This document shows, piece by piece, positions 1-13,024 of a DNA stretch of 64,000 bases. The stretch spans positions 22,692,001 through 22,756,000 of the forward strand of contig OZ059897.1 of the NCBI GenBank assembly GCA_964057225.1. Direction: 5' to 3'. The stretch comes from Auanema rhodensis (taxonomy: Eukaryota; Animalia; Nematoda). The notes under the pieces were generated by a model. It was given only the letters and a program-made list of their open reading frames with translations. It was not told the DNA's origin and made no database searches. The position numbers were made by a program, and so were the translations under genes. Positions within the stretch are counted from its first letter, which is position 1; each line of letters begins with the position of its first letter.

Positions 1-176
1 ACTAATATGGACATGGGGAATCTAATTTTGAAAACCGCATCTCTTTATCTTTCACGTGAAGCGAGTTACATACCAAGTGCACATCACGTGTACATTTAAT
101 TAGCATAAATTAAAGTTCACGTAAATTTCAAAGTCATGGTTACCATGAACCAATATCAATAAAAATTTGTTTTTAA
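1..176 (+). repeat. Representative monomer M1 (consensus except G176A)
   Basis: Direct comparison with pure-consensus copies such as M6 (881-1056). Confidence 0.98.
51..175. other. Cluster of dyad symmetries present in each monomer (coordinates for M1)
   Basis: TTCACGTGAA (51-60, perfect 10-bp palindrome); GTGCAC (77-82); CACGTG (85-90); TGTACA (89-94); imperfect stem 86-122 (ACGTG.AC.TTTAATT / AATTAAA.GT.CACGT, 14 pairs, 6-nt loop); TCATGGT-T-ACCATGA (134-148); TAAAAA-TTTG-TTTTTA (160-175). Confidence 0.9.
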
Positions 177-3100
177 ACTAATATGGACATGGGGAATCTA
201 ATTTTGAAAACCGCATCTCTTTGTCTTTCACGTGAAGCGAGTTACATACCAAGTGCACATCACGTGTACATTTAATTAGCATAAATTAAAGTTCACGTAA
301 ATTTCAAAGTCATGGTTACCATGCACCAATATCAATAAAAATTTGTTTTTAGACTAATATGGACATGGGGAATCTAATTTTGAAAACCGCATCTCTTTAT
401 CTTTCACGTGAAGCGAGTTACATACCAAGTGCACATCACGTGTACATTTAATTAGCATAAATTAAAGTTCACGTAAATTTCAAAGTCATGGTTACCATGA
501 ACCAATATCAATAAAAATTTGTTTTTAAACTAATATGGACATGGGGAATCTAATTTTGAAAACCGCATCTCTTTGTCTTTCACGTGAAGCGAGTTACATA
601 CCAAGTGCACATCACGTGTACATTTAATTAGCATAAATTAAAGTTCACGTAAATTTCAAAGTCATGGTTACCATGAACCAATATCAATAAAAATTTGTTT
701 TTAGACTAATATGGACATGGGGAATCTAATTTTGAAAACCGCATCTATTCGTCTTTCACGTGAAGCGAGTTACATACCAAGTGCACATCACGTGTACATT
801 TAATTAGCATAAATTAAAGTTCACGTAAATTTCAAAGTCATGGTTACCATGAACCAATATCAATAAAAATTTGTTTTTAGACTAATATGGACATGGGGAA
901 TCTAATTTTGAAAACCGCATCTCTTTATCTTTCACGTGAAGCGAGTTACATACCAAGTGCACATCACGTGTACATTTAATTAGCATAAATTAAAGTTCAC
1001 GTAAATTTCAAAGTCATGGTTACCATGAACCAATATCAATAAAAATTTGTTTTTAGACTAATATGGACATGGGGAATCAAATTTTGAAAACCGCATCTCT
1101 TTATCTTTCACGTGAAGCGAGTTACATACCAAGTGCACATCACGTGTACATTTAATTAGCATAAATTAAAGTTCACGTAAATTTCAAAGTCATGGTTACC
1201 ATGAACCAATATCAATAAAAATTTGTTTTTAGACTAATATGGACATGGGGAATCTAATTTTGAAAACCGCATCTCTTCATCTTTCACGTGAAGCGAGTTA
1301 CATACCAAGTGCACATCACGTGTACATTTAATTAGCATAAATTAAAGTTCACGTAAATTTCAAAGTCATGGTTACCATGAAGCAATATCAATAAAAATTT
1401 GTTTTTAGACTAATATGGACATGGGGAATCTAATGTTGAAAACCGCATCTCTTTATCTTTCACGTGAAGCGAGTTACATACCAAGTGCACATCACGTGTA
1501 CATTTAATTAGCATAAATTAAAGTTCACGTAAATTTCAAAGTCATGGTTACCATGCACCAATATCAATAAAAATTTGTTTTTAGACTAATATGGACATGA
1601 GGAATCTAATTTTGAAAACCGCATCTCTTCATCTTTCACGTGAAGCGAGTTACATACCAAGTGCACATCACGTGTACATTTAATTAGCATAAATTAAAGT
1701 TCACGTAAATTTCAAAGTCATGGTTACCATGAACCAATATCAATAAAAATTTGTTTTTAGACTAATATGGACATGGGGAATCTAATTTTAAAAACCGCAT
1801 CTCTTTATCTTTCACGTGAAGCGAGTTACATACCAAGTGCACATCACGTGTACATTTAATTAGCATAAATTAAAGTTCACGTAAATTTCAAAGTCATGGT
1901 TACCATGCACCAATATCAATAAAAATTTGTTTTTAGACTAATATGGACATGAAGAATCTAATTTTGAAAACCGCATCTCTTTATCTTTCACGTGAAGCGA
2001 GTTACATACCAAGTGCACATCACGTGTACATTTAATTAGCATAAATTAAAGTTCACGTAAATTTCAAAGTCATGGTTACCATGAAGCAATATCAATAAAA
2101 ATTTGTTTTTAGACTAATATGGACATGGGGAATCTAATTTTGAAAACCGCATCTCTTTATCTTTCACGTGAAGCGAGTTACATACCAAGTGCACATCACG
2201 TGTACATTTAATTAGCATAAATTAAAGTTCACGTAAATTTCAAAGTCATGGTTACCATGCACCAATATCAATAAAAATTTGTTTTTAGACTAATATGGAC
2301 ATGAGGAATCTAATTTTGAAAACCGCATCTCTTCATCTTTCACGTGAAGCGAGTTACATACCAAGTGCACATCACGTGTACATTTAATTAGCATAAATTA
2401 AAGTTCACGTAAATTTCAAAGTCATGGTTACCATGAACCAATATCAATAAAAATTTGTTTTTAGACTAATATGGACATGGGGAATCTAATTTTGAAAACC
2501 GCATCTCTTTATCTTTCACGTGAAGCGAGTTACATACCAAGTGCACATCACGTGTACATTTAATTAGCATAAATTAAAGTTCACGTAAATTTCAAAGTCA
2601 TGGTTACCATGAACCAATATCAATAAAAATTTGTTTTTAGACTAATATGGACATGGGGAATCTAATTTTGAAAACCGCATCTCTTTATCTTTCACGTGAA
2701 GCGAGTTACATACCAAGTGCACATCACGTGTACATTTAATTAACATAAATTAAAGTTCACGTAAATTTCAAAGTCATGGTTACCATGCACCAATATCAAT
2801 AAAAATTTGTTTTTAGACTAATATGGACATGGGGAATCTAATTTTGAAAACCGCATCTCTTTATCTTTCACGTGAAGCGAGTTACATACCAAGTGCACAT
2901 CACGTGTACATTTAATTAGCATAAATTAAAGTTCACGTAAATTTCAAAGTCATGGTTACCATGAACCAATATCAATAAAAATTTGTTTTTAGACTAATAT
3001 GGACATGGGGAATCTAATTTTGAAAACCGCATCTCTTTATCTTTCACGTGAAGCGAGTTACATACCAAGTGCACATCACGTTTACAATTAATTAGCATAA

Positions 3101-3344
3101 ATTAAAGTTCACGTAAATTTCAAAGTCATGGTTACCATGAACCAATATCAATAAAAATTTGTTTTTAGACTAATATGGACATGGGGAATCTAATTTTGAA
3201 AACCGCATCTCTTTATCTTACACGTGAAGCGAGTTACATACCAAGTGCACATCACGTGTACATTTAATTAGCATAAATTAAAGTTCACGTAAATTTCAAA
3301 GTCATGGTTACCATGAAGCAATATCAATAAAAATTTGTTTTTAG

Positions 3345-6300
3345 ACTAATATGGACATGGGGAATCTAATTTTGAAAACCGCATCTCTTTATCTTTCACG
3401 TGAAGCGAGTTACATACCAAGTGCACATCACGTGTACATTTAATTAGCATAAATTAAAGTTCACGTAAATTTCAAAGTCATGGTTACCATGAACCAATAT
3501 CAATAAAAATTTGTTTTTAGACTAATATGGACATGGGGAATCAAATTTTGAAAACTGCATCTCTTTATCTTTCACGTGAAGCGAGTTACATACCAAGTGC
3601 ACATCACGTGTACATTTAATTAGCATAAATTAAAGTTCACGTAAATTTCAAAGTCATGGTTACCATGAACCAATATCAATAAAAATTTGTTTTTAGACTA
3701 ATATGGACATGGGGAATCTAATTTTGAAAACCGCATCTCTTCATCTTTCACGTGAAGCGAGTTACATACCAAGTGCACATCACGTGTACATTTAATTAGC
3801 ATAAATTAAAGTTCACGTAAATTTCAAAGTCATGGTTACCATGAAGCAATATCAATAAAAATTTGTTTTTAGACTAATATGGACATGGGGAATCTAATGT
3901 TGAAAACCGCATCTCTTTATCTTTCACGTGAAGCGAGTTACATACCAAGTGCACATCACGTGTACATTTAATTAGCATAAATTAAAGTTCACGTAAATTT
4001 CAAAGTCATGGTTACCATGAACCAATATCAATAAAAATTTGTTTTTAGACTAATATGGACATGGGGAATCTAATTTTGAAAACCGCATCTCTTCATCTTT
4101 CACGTGAAGCGAGTTACATACCAAGTGCACATCACGTGTACATTTAATTAGCATAAATTAAAGTTCACGTAAATTTCAAAGTCATGGTTACCATGAACCA
4201 ATATCAATAAAAATTTGTTTTTAGACTAATATGGACATGGGGAATCTAATTTTGAAAACCGCATCTCTTTATCTTTCACGTGAAGCGAGTTACATACCAA
4301 GTGCACATCACGTGTACATTTAATTAGCATAAATTAAAGTTCACGTAAATTTCAAAGTCATGGTTACCATGAACCAATATCAATAAAAATTTGTTTTTAG
4401 ACTAATATGGACATGGGGAATCTAATTTTGAAAACCGCATCTCTTTATCTTTCACGTGAAGCGAGTTACATACCAAGTGCACATCACGTTTACAATTAAT
4501 TAGCATAAATTAAAGTTCACGTAAATTTCAAAGTCATGGTTACCATGAACCAATATCAATAAAAATTTGTTTTTAGACTAATATGGACATGGGGAATCTA
4601 ATTTTGAAAACCGCATCTCTTTATCTTACACGTGAAGCGAGTTACATACCAAGTGCACATCACGTGTACATTTAATTAGCATAAATTAAAGTTCACGTAA
4701 ATTTCAAAGTCATGGTTACCATGAACCAATATCAATAAAAATTTGTTTTTAGACTAATATGGACATGGGGAATCAAATTTTGAAAACCGCATCTCTTTAT
4801 CTTTCACGTGAAGCGAGTTAAATACCAAGTGCACATCACGTGTACATTTAATTAGCATAAATTAAAGTTCACGTAAATTTCAAAGTCATGGTTACCATGA
4901 ACCAATATCAATAAAAATTTGTTTTTAGACTAATATGGACATGGGGAATCTAATTTTGAAAACCGCATCTCTTCATCTTTCACGTGAAGCGAGTTACATA
5001 CCAAGTGCACATCACGTGTACATTTAATTAGCATAAATTAAAGTTCACGTAAATTTCAAAGTCATGGTTACCATGAACCAATATCAATAAAAATTTGTTT
5101 TTAGACTAATATGGACATGGGGAATCTAATTTTGAAAACCGCATCTCTTTATCTTTCACGTGAAGCGAGTTACATACCAAGTGCACATCACGTGTACATT
5201 TAATTAGCATAAATTAAAGTTCACGTAAATTTCAAAGTCATGGTTACCATGAACCAATATCAATAAAAATTTGTTTTTAGACTAATATGGACATGGGGAA
5301 TCAAATTTTGAAAACTGCATCTCTTTATCTTTCACGTGAAGCGAGTTACATACCAAGTGCACATCACGTGTACATTTAATTAGCATAAATTAAAGTTCAC
5401 GTAAATTTCAAAGTCATGGTTACCATGAACCAATATCAATAAAAATTTGTTTTTAGACTAATATGGACATGGGGAATCTAATTTTGAAAACCGCATCTCT
5501 TCATCTTTCACGTGAAGCGAGTTACATACCAAGTGCACATCACGTGTACATTTAATTAGCATAAATTAAAGTTCACGTAAATTTCAAAGTCATGGTTACC
5601 ATGAAGCAATATCAATAAAAATTTGTTTTTAGACTAATATGGACATGGGGAATCTAATGTTGAAAACCGCATCTCTTTATCTTTCACGTGAAGCGAGTTA
5701 CATACCAAGTGCACATCACGTGTACATTTAATTAGCATAAATTAAAGTTCACGTAAATTTCAAAGTCATGGTTACCATGAACCAATATCAATAAAAATTT
5801 GTTTTTAGACTAATATGGACATGGGGAATCTAATTTTGAAAACCGCATCTCTTCATCTTTCACGTGAAGCGAGTTACATACCAAGTGCACATCACGTGTA
5901 CATTTAATTAGCATAAATTAAAGTTCACGTAAATTTCAAAGTCATGGTTACCATGAACCAATATCAATAAAAATTTGTTTTTAGACTAATATGGACATGG
6001 GGAATCTAATTTTGAAAACCGCATCTCTTTATCTTTCACGTGAAGCGAGTTACATACCAAGTGCACATCACGTGTACATTTAATTAGCATAAATTAAAGT
6101 TCACGTAAATTTCAAAGTCATGGTTACCATGAACCAATATCAATAAAAATTTGTTTTTAGACTAATATGGACATGGGGAATCTAATTTTGAAAACCGCAT
6201 CTCTTTATCTTTCACGTGAAGCGAGTTACATACCAAGTGCACATCACGTTTACAATTAATTAGCATAAATTAAAGTTCACGTAAATTTCAAAGTCATGGT

Positions 6301-6864
6301 TACCATGAACCAATATCAATAAAAATTTGTTTTTAGACTAATATGGACATGGGGAATCTAATTTTGAAAACCGCATCTCTTTATCTTACACGTGAAGCGA
6401 GTTACATACCAAGTGCACATCACGTGTACATTTAATTAGCATAAATTAAAGTTCACGTAAATTTCAAAGTCATGGTTACCATGAACCAATATCAATAAAA
6501 ATTTGTTTTTAGACTAATATGGACATGGGGAATCAAATTTTGAAAACCGCATCTCTTTATCTTTCACGTGAAGCGAGTTAAATACCAAGTGCACATCACG
6601 TGTACATTTAATTAGCATAAATTAAAGTTCACGTAAATTTCAAAGTCATGGTTACCATGAACCAATATCAATAAAAATTTGTTTTTAGACTAATATGGAC
6701 ATGGGGAATCTAATTTTGAAAACCGCATCTCTTCATCTTTCACGTGAAGCGAGTTACATACCAAGTGCACATCACGTGTACATTTAATTAGCATAAATTA
6801 AAGTTCACGTAAATTTCAAAGTCATGGTTACCATGAACCAATATCAATAAAAATTTGTTTTTAG
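3345..6864 (+). repeat. 10-monomer (1760-bp) higher-order unit, two adjacent identical copies
   Basis: M20-29 and M30-39 share the string cons / T23A+C36T / T46C+C150G / T27G / T46C / cons / G90T+T95A / T52A / T23A+C69A / T46C. Confidence 0.9.
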
Positions 6865-8448
6865 ACTAATATGGACATGGGGAATCTAATTTTGAAAACC
6901 GCATCTCTTTATCTTTCACGTGAAGCGAGTTACATACCAAGTGCACATCACGTGTACATTTAATTAGCATAAATTAAAGTTCACGTAAATTTCAAAGTCA
7001 TGGTTACCATGAACCAATATCAATAAAAATTTGTTTTTAGACTAATATGGACATGGGGAATCTAATTTTGAAAACCGCATCTCTTTATCTTTCACGTGAA
7101 GCGAGTTACATACCAAGTGCACATCACGTTTACAATTAATTAGCATAAATTAAAGTTCACGTAAATTTCAAAGTCATGGTTACCATGAACCAATATCAAT
7201 AAAAATTTGTTTTTAGACTAATATGGACATGGGGAATCTAATTTTGAAAACCGCATCTCTTTATCTTACACGTGAAGCGAGTTACATACCAAGTGCACAT
7301 CACGTGTACATTTAATTAGCATAAATTAAAGTTCACGTAAATTTCAAAGTCATGGTTACCATGAACCAATATCAATAAAAATTTGTTTTTTGACTATAAT
7401 GGACATGGGGAATCAAATTTTGAAAACCGCATCTCTTTATCTTTCACGTGAAGCGAGTTAAATACCAAGTGCACATCACGTGTACATTTAATTAGCATAA
7501 ATTAAAGTTCACGTAAATTTCAAAGTCATGGTTACCATGAACCAATATCAATAAAAATTTGTTTTTAGACTAATATGGACATGGGGAATCTAATTTTGAA
7601 AACCGCATCTCTTCATCTTTCACGTGAAGCGAGTTACATACCAAGTGCACATCACGTGTACATTTAATTAGCATAAATTAAAGTTCACGTAAATTTCAAA
7701 GTCATGGTTACCATGAAGCAATATCAATAAAAATTTGTTTTTAGACTAATATGGACATGGGGAATCTAATTTTGAAAACCGCATCTCTTTATCTTTCACA
7801 TGAAGCGAGTTACATACCAAGTGCACATCACGTGTACATTTAATTAGCATAAATTAAAGTTCACGTAAATTTCAAAGTCATGGTTACCATGAAGCAATAT
7901 CAATAAAAATTTGTTTTTAGACTAATATGGACATGGGGAATCTAATTTTGAAAACCGCATCTCTTTATCTTTCACATGAAGCGAGTTACATACCAAGTGC
8001 ACATCACGTGTACATTTAATTAGCATAAATTAAAGTTCACGTAAATTTCAAAGTCATGGTTACCATGAACCAATATCAATAAAAATTTGTTTTTAGACTA
8101 ATATGGACATGGGGAATCTAATTTTGAAAACCGCATCTCTTCATCTTTCACGTGAAGCGAGTTACATACCAAGTGCACATCACGTGTACATTTAATTAGC
8201 ATAAATTAAAGTTCACGTAAATTTCAAAGTCATGGTTACCATGAAGCAATATCAATAAAAATTTGTTTTTAGACTAATATGGACATGGGGAATCTAATTT
8301 TGAAAACCGCATCTCTTTATCTTTCACGTGAAGCGAGTTACATACCAAGTGCACATCACGTGTACATTTAATTAACATAAATTAAAGTTCACGTAAATTT
8401 CAAAGTCATGGTTACCATGCACCAATATCAATAAAAATTTGTTTTTAG

Positions 8449-10208
8449 ACTAATATGGACATGGGGAATCTAATTTTGAAAACCGCATCTCTTTATCTTT
8501 CACGTGAAGCGAGTTACATACCAAGTGCACATCACGTGTACATTTAATTAGCATAAATTAAAGTTCACGTAAATTTCAAAGTCATGGTTACCATGAACCA
8601 ATATCAATAAAAATTTGTTTTTAGACTAATATGGACATGGGGAATCAAATTTTGAAAACTGCATCTCTTTATCTTTCACGTGAAGCGAGTTACATACCAA
8701 GTGCACATCACGTGTACATTTAATTAGCATAAATTAAAGTTCACGTAAATTTCAAAGTCATGGTTACCATGAACCAATATCAATAAAAATTTGTTTTTAG
8801 ACTAATATGGACATGGGGAATCTAATTTTGAAAACCGCATCTCTTCATCTTTCACGTGAAGCGAGTTACATACCAAGTGCACATCACGTGTACATTTAAT
8901 TAGCATAAATTAAAGTTCACGTAAATTTCAAAGTCATGGTTACCATGAAGCAATATCAATAAAAATTTGTTTTTAGACTAATATGGACATGGGGAATCTA
9001 ATGTTGAAAACCGCATCTCTTTATCTTTCACGTGAAGCGAGTTACATACCAAGTGCACATCACGTGTACATTTAATTAGCATAAATTAAAGTTCACGTAA
9101 ATTTCAAAGTCATGGTTACCATGAACCAATATCAATAAAAATTTGTTTTTAGACTAATATGGACATGGGGAATCTAATTTTGAAAACCGCATCTCTTCAT
9201 CTTTCACGTGAAGCGAGTTACATACCAAGTGCACATCACGTGTACATTTAATTAGCATAAATTAAAGTTCACGTAAATTTCAAAGTCATGGTTACCATGA
9301 ACCAATATCAATAAAAATTTGTTTTTAGACTAATATGGACATGGGGAATCTAATTTTGAAAACCGCATCTCTTTATCTTTCACGTGAAGCGAGTTACATA
9401 CCAAGTGCACATCACGTGTACATTTAATTAGCATAAATTAAAGTTCACGTAAATTTCAAAGTCATGGTTACCATGAACCAATATCAATAAAAATTTGTTT
9501 TTAGACTAATATGGACATGGGGAATCTAATTTTGAAAACCGCATCTCTTTATCTTTCACGTGAAGCGAGTTACATACCAAGTGCACATCACGTTTACAAT
9601 TAATTAGCATAAATTAAAGTTCACGTAAATTTCAAAGTCATGGTTACCATGAACCAATATCAATAAAAATTTGTTTTTAGACTAATATGGACATGGGGAA
9701 TCTAATTTTGAAAACCGCATCTCTTTATCTTACACGTGAAGTGAGTTACATACCAAGTGCACATCACGTGTACATTTAATTAGCATAAATTAAAGTTCAC
9801 GTAAATTTCAAAGTCATGGTTACCATGAACCAATATCAATAAAAATTTGTTTTTAGACTAATATGGACATGGGGAATCAAATTTTGAAAACCGCATCTCT
9901 TTATCTTTCACGTGAAGCGAGTTAAATACCAAGTGCACATCACGTGTACATTTAATTAGCATAAATTAAAGTTCACGTAAATTTCAAAGTCATGGTTACC
10001 ATGAACCAATATCAATAAAAATTTGTTTTTAGACTAATATGGACATGGGGAATCTAATTTTGAAAACCGCATCTCTTCATCTTTCACGTGAAGCGAGTTA
10101 CATACCAAGTGCACATCACGTGTACATTTAATTAGCATAAATTAAAGTTCACGTAAATTTCAAAGTCATGGTTACCATGAAGCAATATCAATAAAAATTT
10201 GTTTTTAG
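8449..10208 (+). repeat. Third, non-adjacent copy of the 10-mer unit
   Basis: M49-58 repeat the same string, with extra C62T in M56 and C150G in M58. Confidence 0.85.
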
Positions 10209-13024
10209 ACTAATATGGACATGGGGAATCTAATTTTGAAAACCGCATCTCTTTATCTTTCACATGAAGCGAGTTACATACCAAGTGCACATCACGTGTA
10301 CATTTAATTAGCATAAATTAAAGTTCACGTAAATTTCAAAGTCATGGTTACCATGAACCAATATCAATAAAAATTTGTTTTTAGACTAATATGGACATGG
10401 GGAATCAAATTTTGAAAACCGCATCTCTTTATCTTTCACGTGAAGCGAGTTACATACCAAGTGCACATCACGTGTACATTTAATTAGCATAAATTAAAGT
10501 TCACGTAAATTTCAAAGTCATGGTTACCATGAACCAATATCAATAAAAATTTGTTTTTAGACTAATATGGACATGGGGAATCTAATTTTGAAAACCGCAT
10601 CTCTTCATCTTTCACGTGAAGCGAGTTACATACCAAGTGCACATCACGTGTACATTTAATTAGCATAAATTAAAGTTCACGTAAATTTCAAAGTCATGGT
10701 TACCATGAAGCAATATCAATAAAAATTTGTTTTTAGACTAATATGGACATGGGGAATCTAATGTTGAAAACCGCATCTCTTTATCTTTCACGTGAAGCGA
10801 GTTACATACCAAGTGCACATCACGTGTACATTTAATTAGCATAAATTAAAGTTCACGTAAATTTCAAAGTCATGGTTACCATGCACCAATATCAATAAAA
10901 ATTTGTTTTTAGACTAATATGGACATGAGGAATCTAATTTTGAAAACCGCATCTCTTCATCTTTCACGTGAAGCGAGTTACATACCAAGTGCACATCACG
11001 TGTACATTTAATTAGCATAAATTAAAGTTCACGTAAATTTCAAAGTCATGGTTACCATGAACCAATATCAATAAAAATTTGTTTTTAGACTAATATGGAC
11101 ATGGGGAATCTAATTTTGAAAACCGCATCTCTTTATCTTTCACGTGAAGCGAGTTACATACCAAGTGCACATCACGTGTACATTTAATTAGCATAAATTA
11201 AAGTTCACGTAAATTTCAAAGTCATGGTTACCATGAAGCAATATCAATAAAAATTTGTTTTTAGACTAATATGGACATGGGGAATCTAATTTTGAAAACC
11301 GCATCTCTTTGTCTTTCACGTGAAGCGAGTTACATACCAAGTGCACATCACGTGTACATTTAATTAGCATAAATTAAAGTTCACGTAAATTTCAAAGTCA
11401 TGGTTACCATGAACCAATATCAATAAAAATTTGTTTTTAGACTAATATGGACATGGGGAATCTAATTTTGAAAACCGCATCTCTTCATCTTTCACGTGAA
11501 GCGAGTTACAAACCAAGTGCACATCACGTGTACATTTAATTAGCATAAATTAAAGTTCACGTAAATTTCAAAGTCATGGTTACCATGAACCAATATCAAT
11601 AAAAATTTGTTTTTAGACTAATATGGACATGGGGAATCTAATTTTGAAAACCGCATCTCTTTATCTTTCACGTGAAGCGAGTTACATACCAAGTGCACAT
11701 CACGTGTACATTTAATTAGCATAAATTAAAGTTCACGTAAATTTCAAAGTCATGGTTACCATGCACCAATATCAATAAAAATTTGTTTTTAGACTAATAT
11801 GGACATGGGGAATCTAATTTTGAAAACCGCATCTCTTTATCTTTCACGTGAAGCGAGTTACATACCAAGTGCACATCACGTGTACATTTAATTAGCATAA
11901 ATTAAAGTTCACGTAAATTTCAAAGTCATGGTTACCATGAACCAATATCAATAAAAATTTGTTTTTAGACTAATATGGACATGGGGAATCTAATTTTGAA
12001 AACCGCATCTCTTTATCTTTCACGTGAAGCGAGTTACATACCAAGTGCACATCACGTTTACAATTAATTAGCATAAATTAAAGTTCACGTAAATTTCAAA
12101 GTCATGGTTACCATGAACCAATATCAATAAAAATTTGTTTTTAGACTAATATGGACATGGGGAATCTAATTTTGAAAACCGCATCTCTTCATCTTACACG
12201 TGAAGCGAGTTACATACCAAGTGCACATCACGTGTACATTTAATTAGCATAAATTAAAGTTCACGTAAATTTCAAAGTCATGGTTACCATGAACCAATAT
12301 CAATAAAAATTTGTTTTTAGACTAATATGGACATGGGGAATCAAATTTTGAAAACCGCATCTCTTTATCTTTCACGTGAAGCGAGTTACATACCAAGTGC
12401 ACATCACGTGTACATTTAATTAGTATAAATTAAAGTTCACGTAAATTTCAAAGTCATGGTTACCATGAACCAATATCAATAAAAATTTGTTTTTAGACTA
12501 ATATGGACATGGGGAATCTAATTTTGAAAACCGCATCTCTTCATCTTTCACGTGAAGCGAGTTACATACCAAGTGCACATCACGTGTACATTTAATTAGC
12601 ATAAATTAAAGTTCACGTAAATTTCAAAGTCATGGTTACCATGAAGCAATATCAATAAAAATTTGTTTTTAGACTAATATGGACATGGGGAATCTAATTT
12701 TGAAAACCGCATCTCTTTATCTTTCACGTGAAGCGAGTTACATACCAAGTGCACATCACGTTTACAATTAATTAGCATAAATTAAAGTTCACGTAAATTT
12801 CAAAGTCATGGTTACCATGAACCAATATCAATAAAAATTTGTTTTTAGACTAATATGGACATGGGGAATCTAATTTTGAAAACCGCATCTCTTCATCTTA
12901 CACGTGAAGCGAGTTACATACCAAGTGCACATCACGTGTACATTTAATTAGCATAAATTAAAGTTCACGTAAATTTCAAAGTCATGGTTACCATTAACCA
13001 ATATCAATAAAAATTTGTTTTTAG

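Noticed and set aside
7-99. 30-codon ORF in each monomer (MDMGNLILKTASLYLSREASYIPSAHHVYI*)
   Set aside because: It is short with no recognisable domain. Common variants are mostly non-synonymous, and nonsense alleles (C69A, C69G, C93A turning TAC into TAA or TAG) are propagated in several copies, so there is no sign of coding constraint.
148-150. A148C and C150G (each in roughly a fifth of monomers) never co-occur, suggesting a three-state code
   Set aside because: Two alleles 2 bp apart that arose on different monomers are expected to stay unlinked to each other. Their order is explained by the duplications, so no encoded information or selection needs to be invoked.
135-151. RFX X-box-like GTTACCATG
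   Set aside because: Only a half-site matches. The full GTTRCCATGGYAAC palindrome is not present.
158-163. AATAAA polyadenylation signal, and A/T hairpin as a terminator
   Set aside because: Such motifs are expected in 68% AT sequence, and there is no transcription unit to attach them to.
46-165. Tri-allelic positions (46, 69, 90, 126, 165) as mutational hotspots
   Set aside because: With this many distinct alleles over 176 positions, several same-site coincidences are expected.
108-174. Invariant segments (108-117, 138-145, 166-174) as conserved functional boxes
   Set aside because: Only about a third of positions vary at all, so invariant runs of 8-10 bp are expected by chance.
1-176. 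Identity with Brassica CentBr, Arabidopsis CEN178, alpha satellite or honeybee AluI repeat
   Set aside because: Only the length is similar. I see no sequence resemblance from memory, and the consensus lacks HindIII (AAGCTT) and AluI (AGCT) sites. BLAST is needed to exclude these formally.
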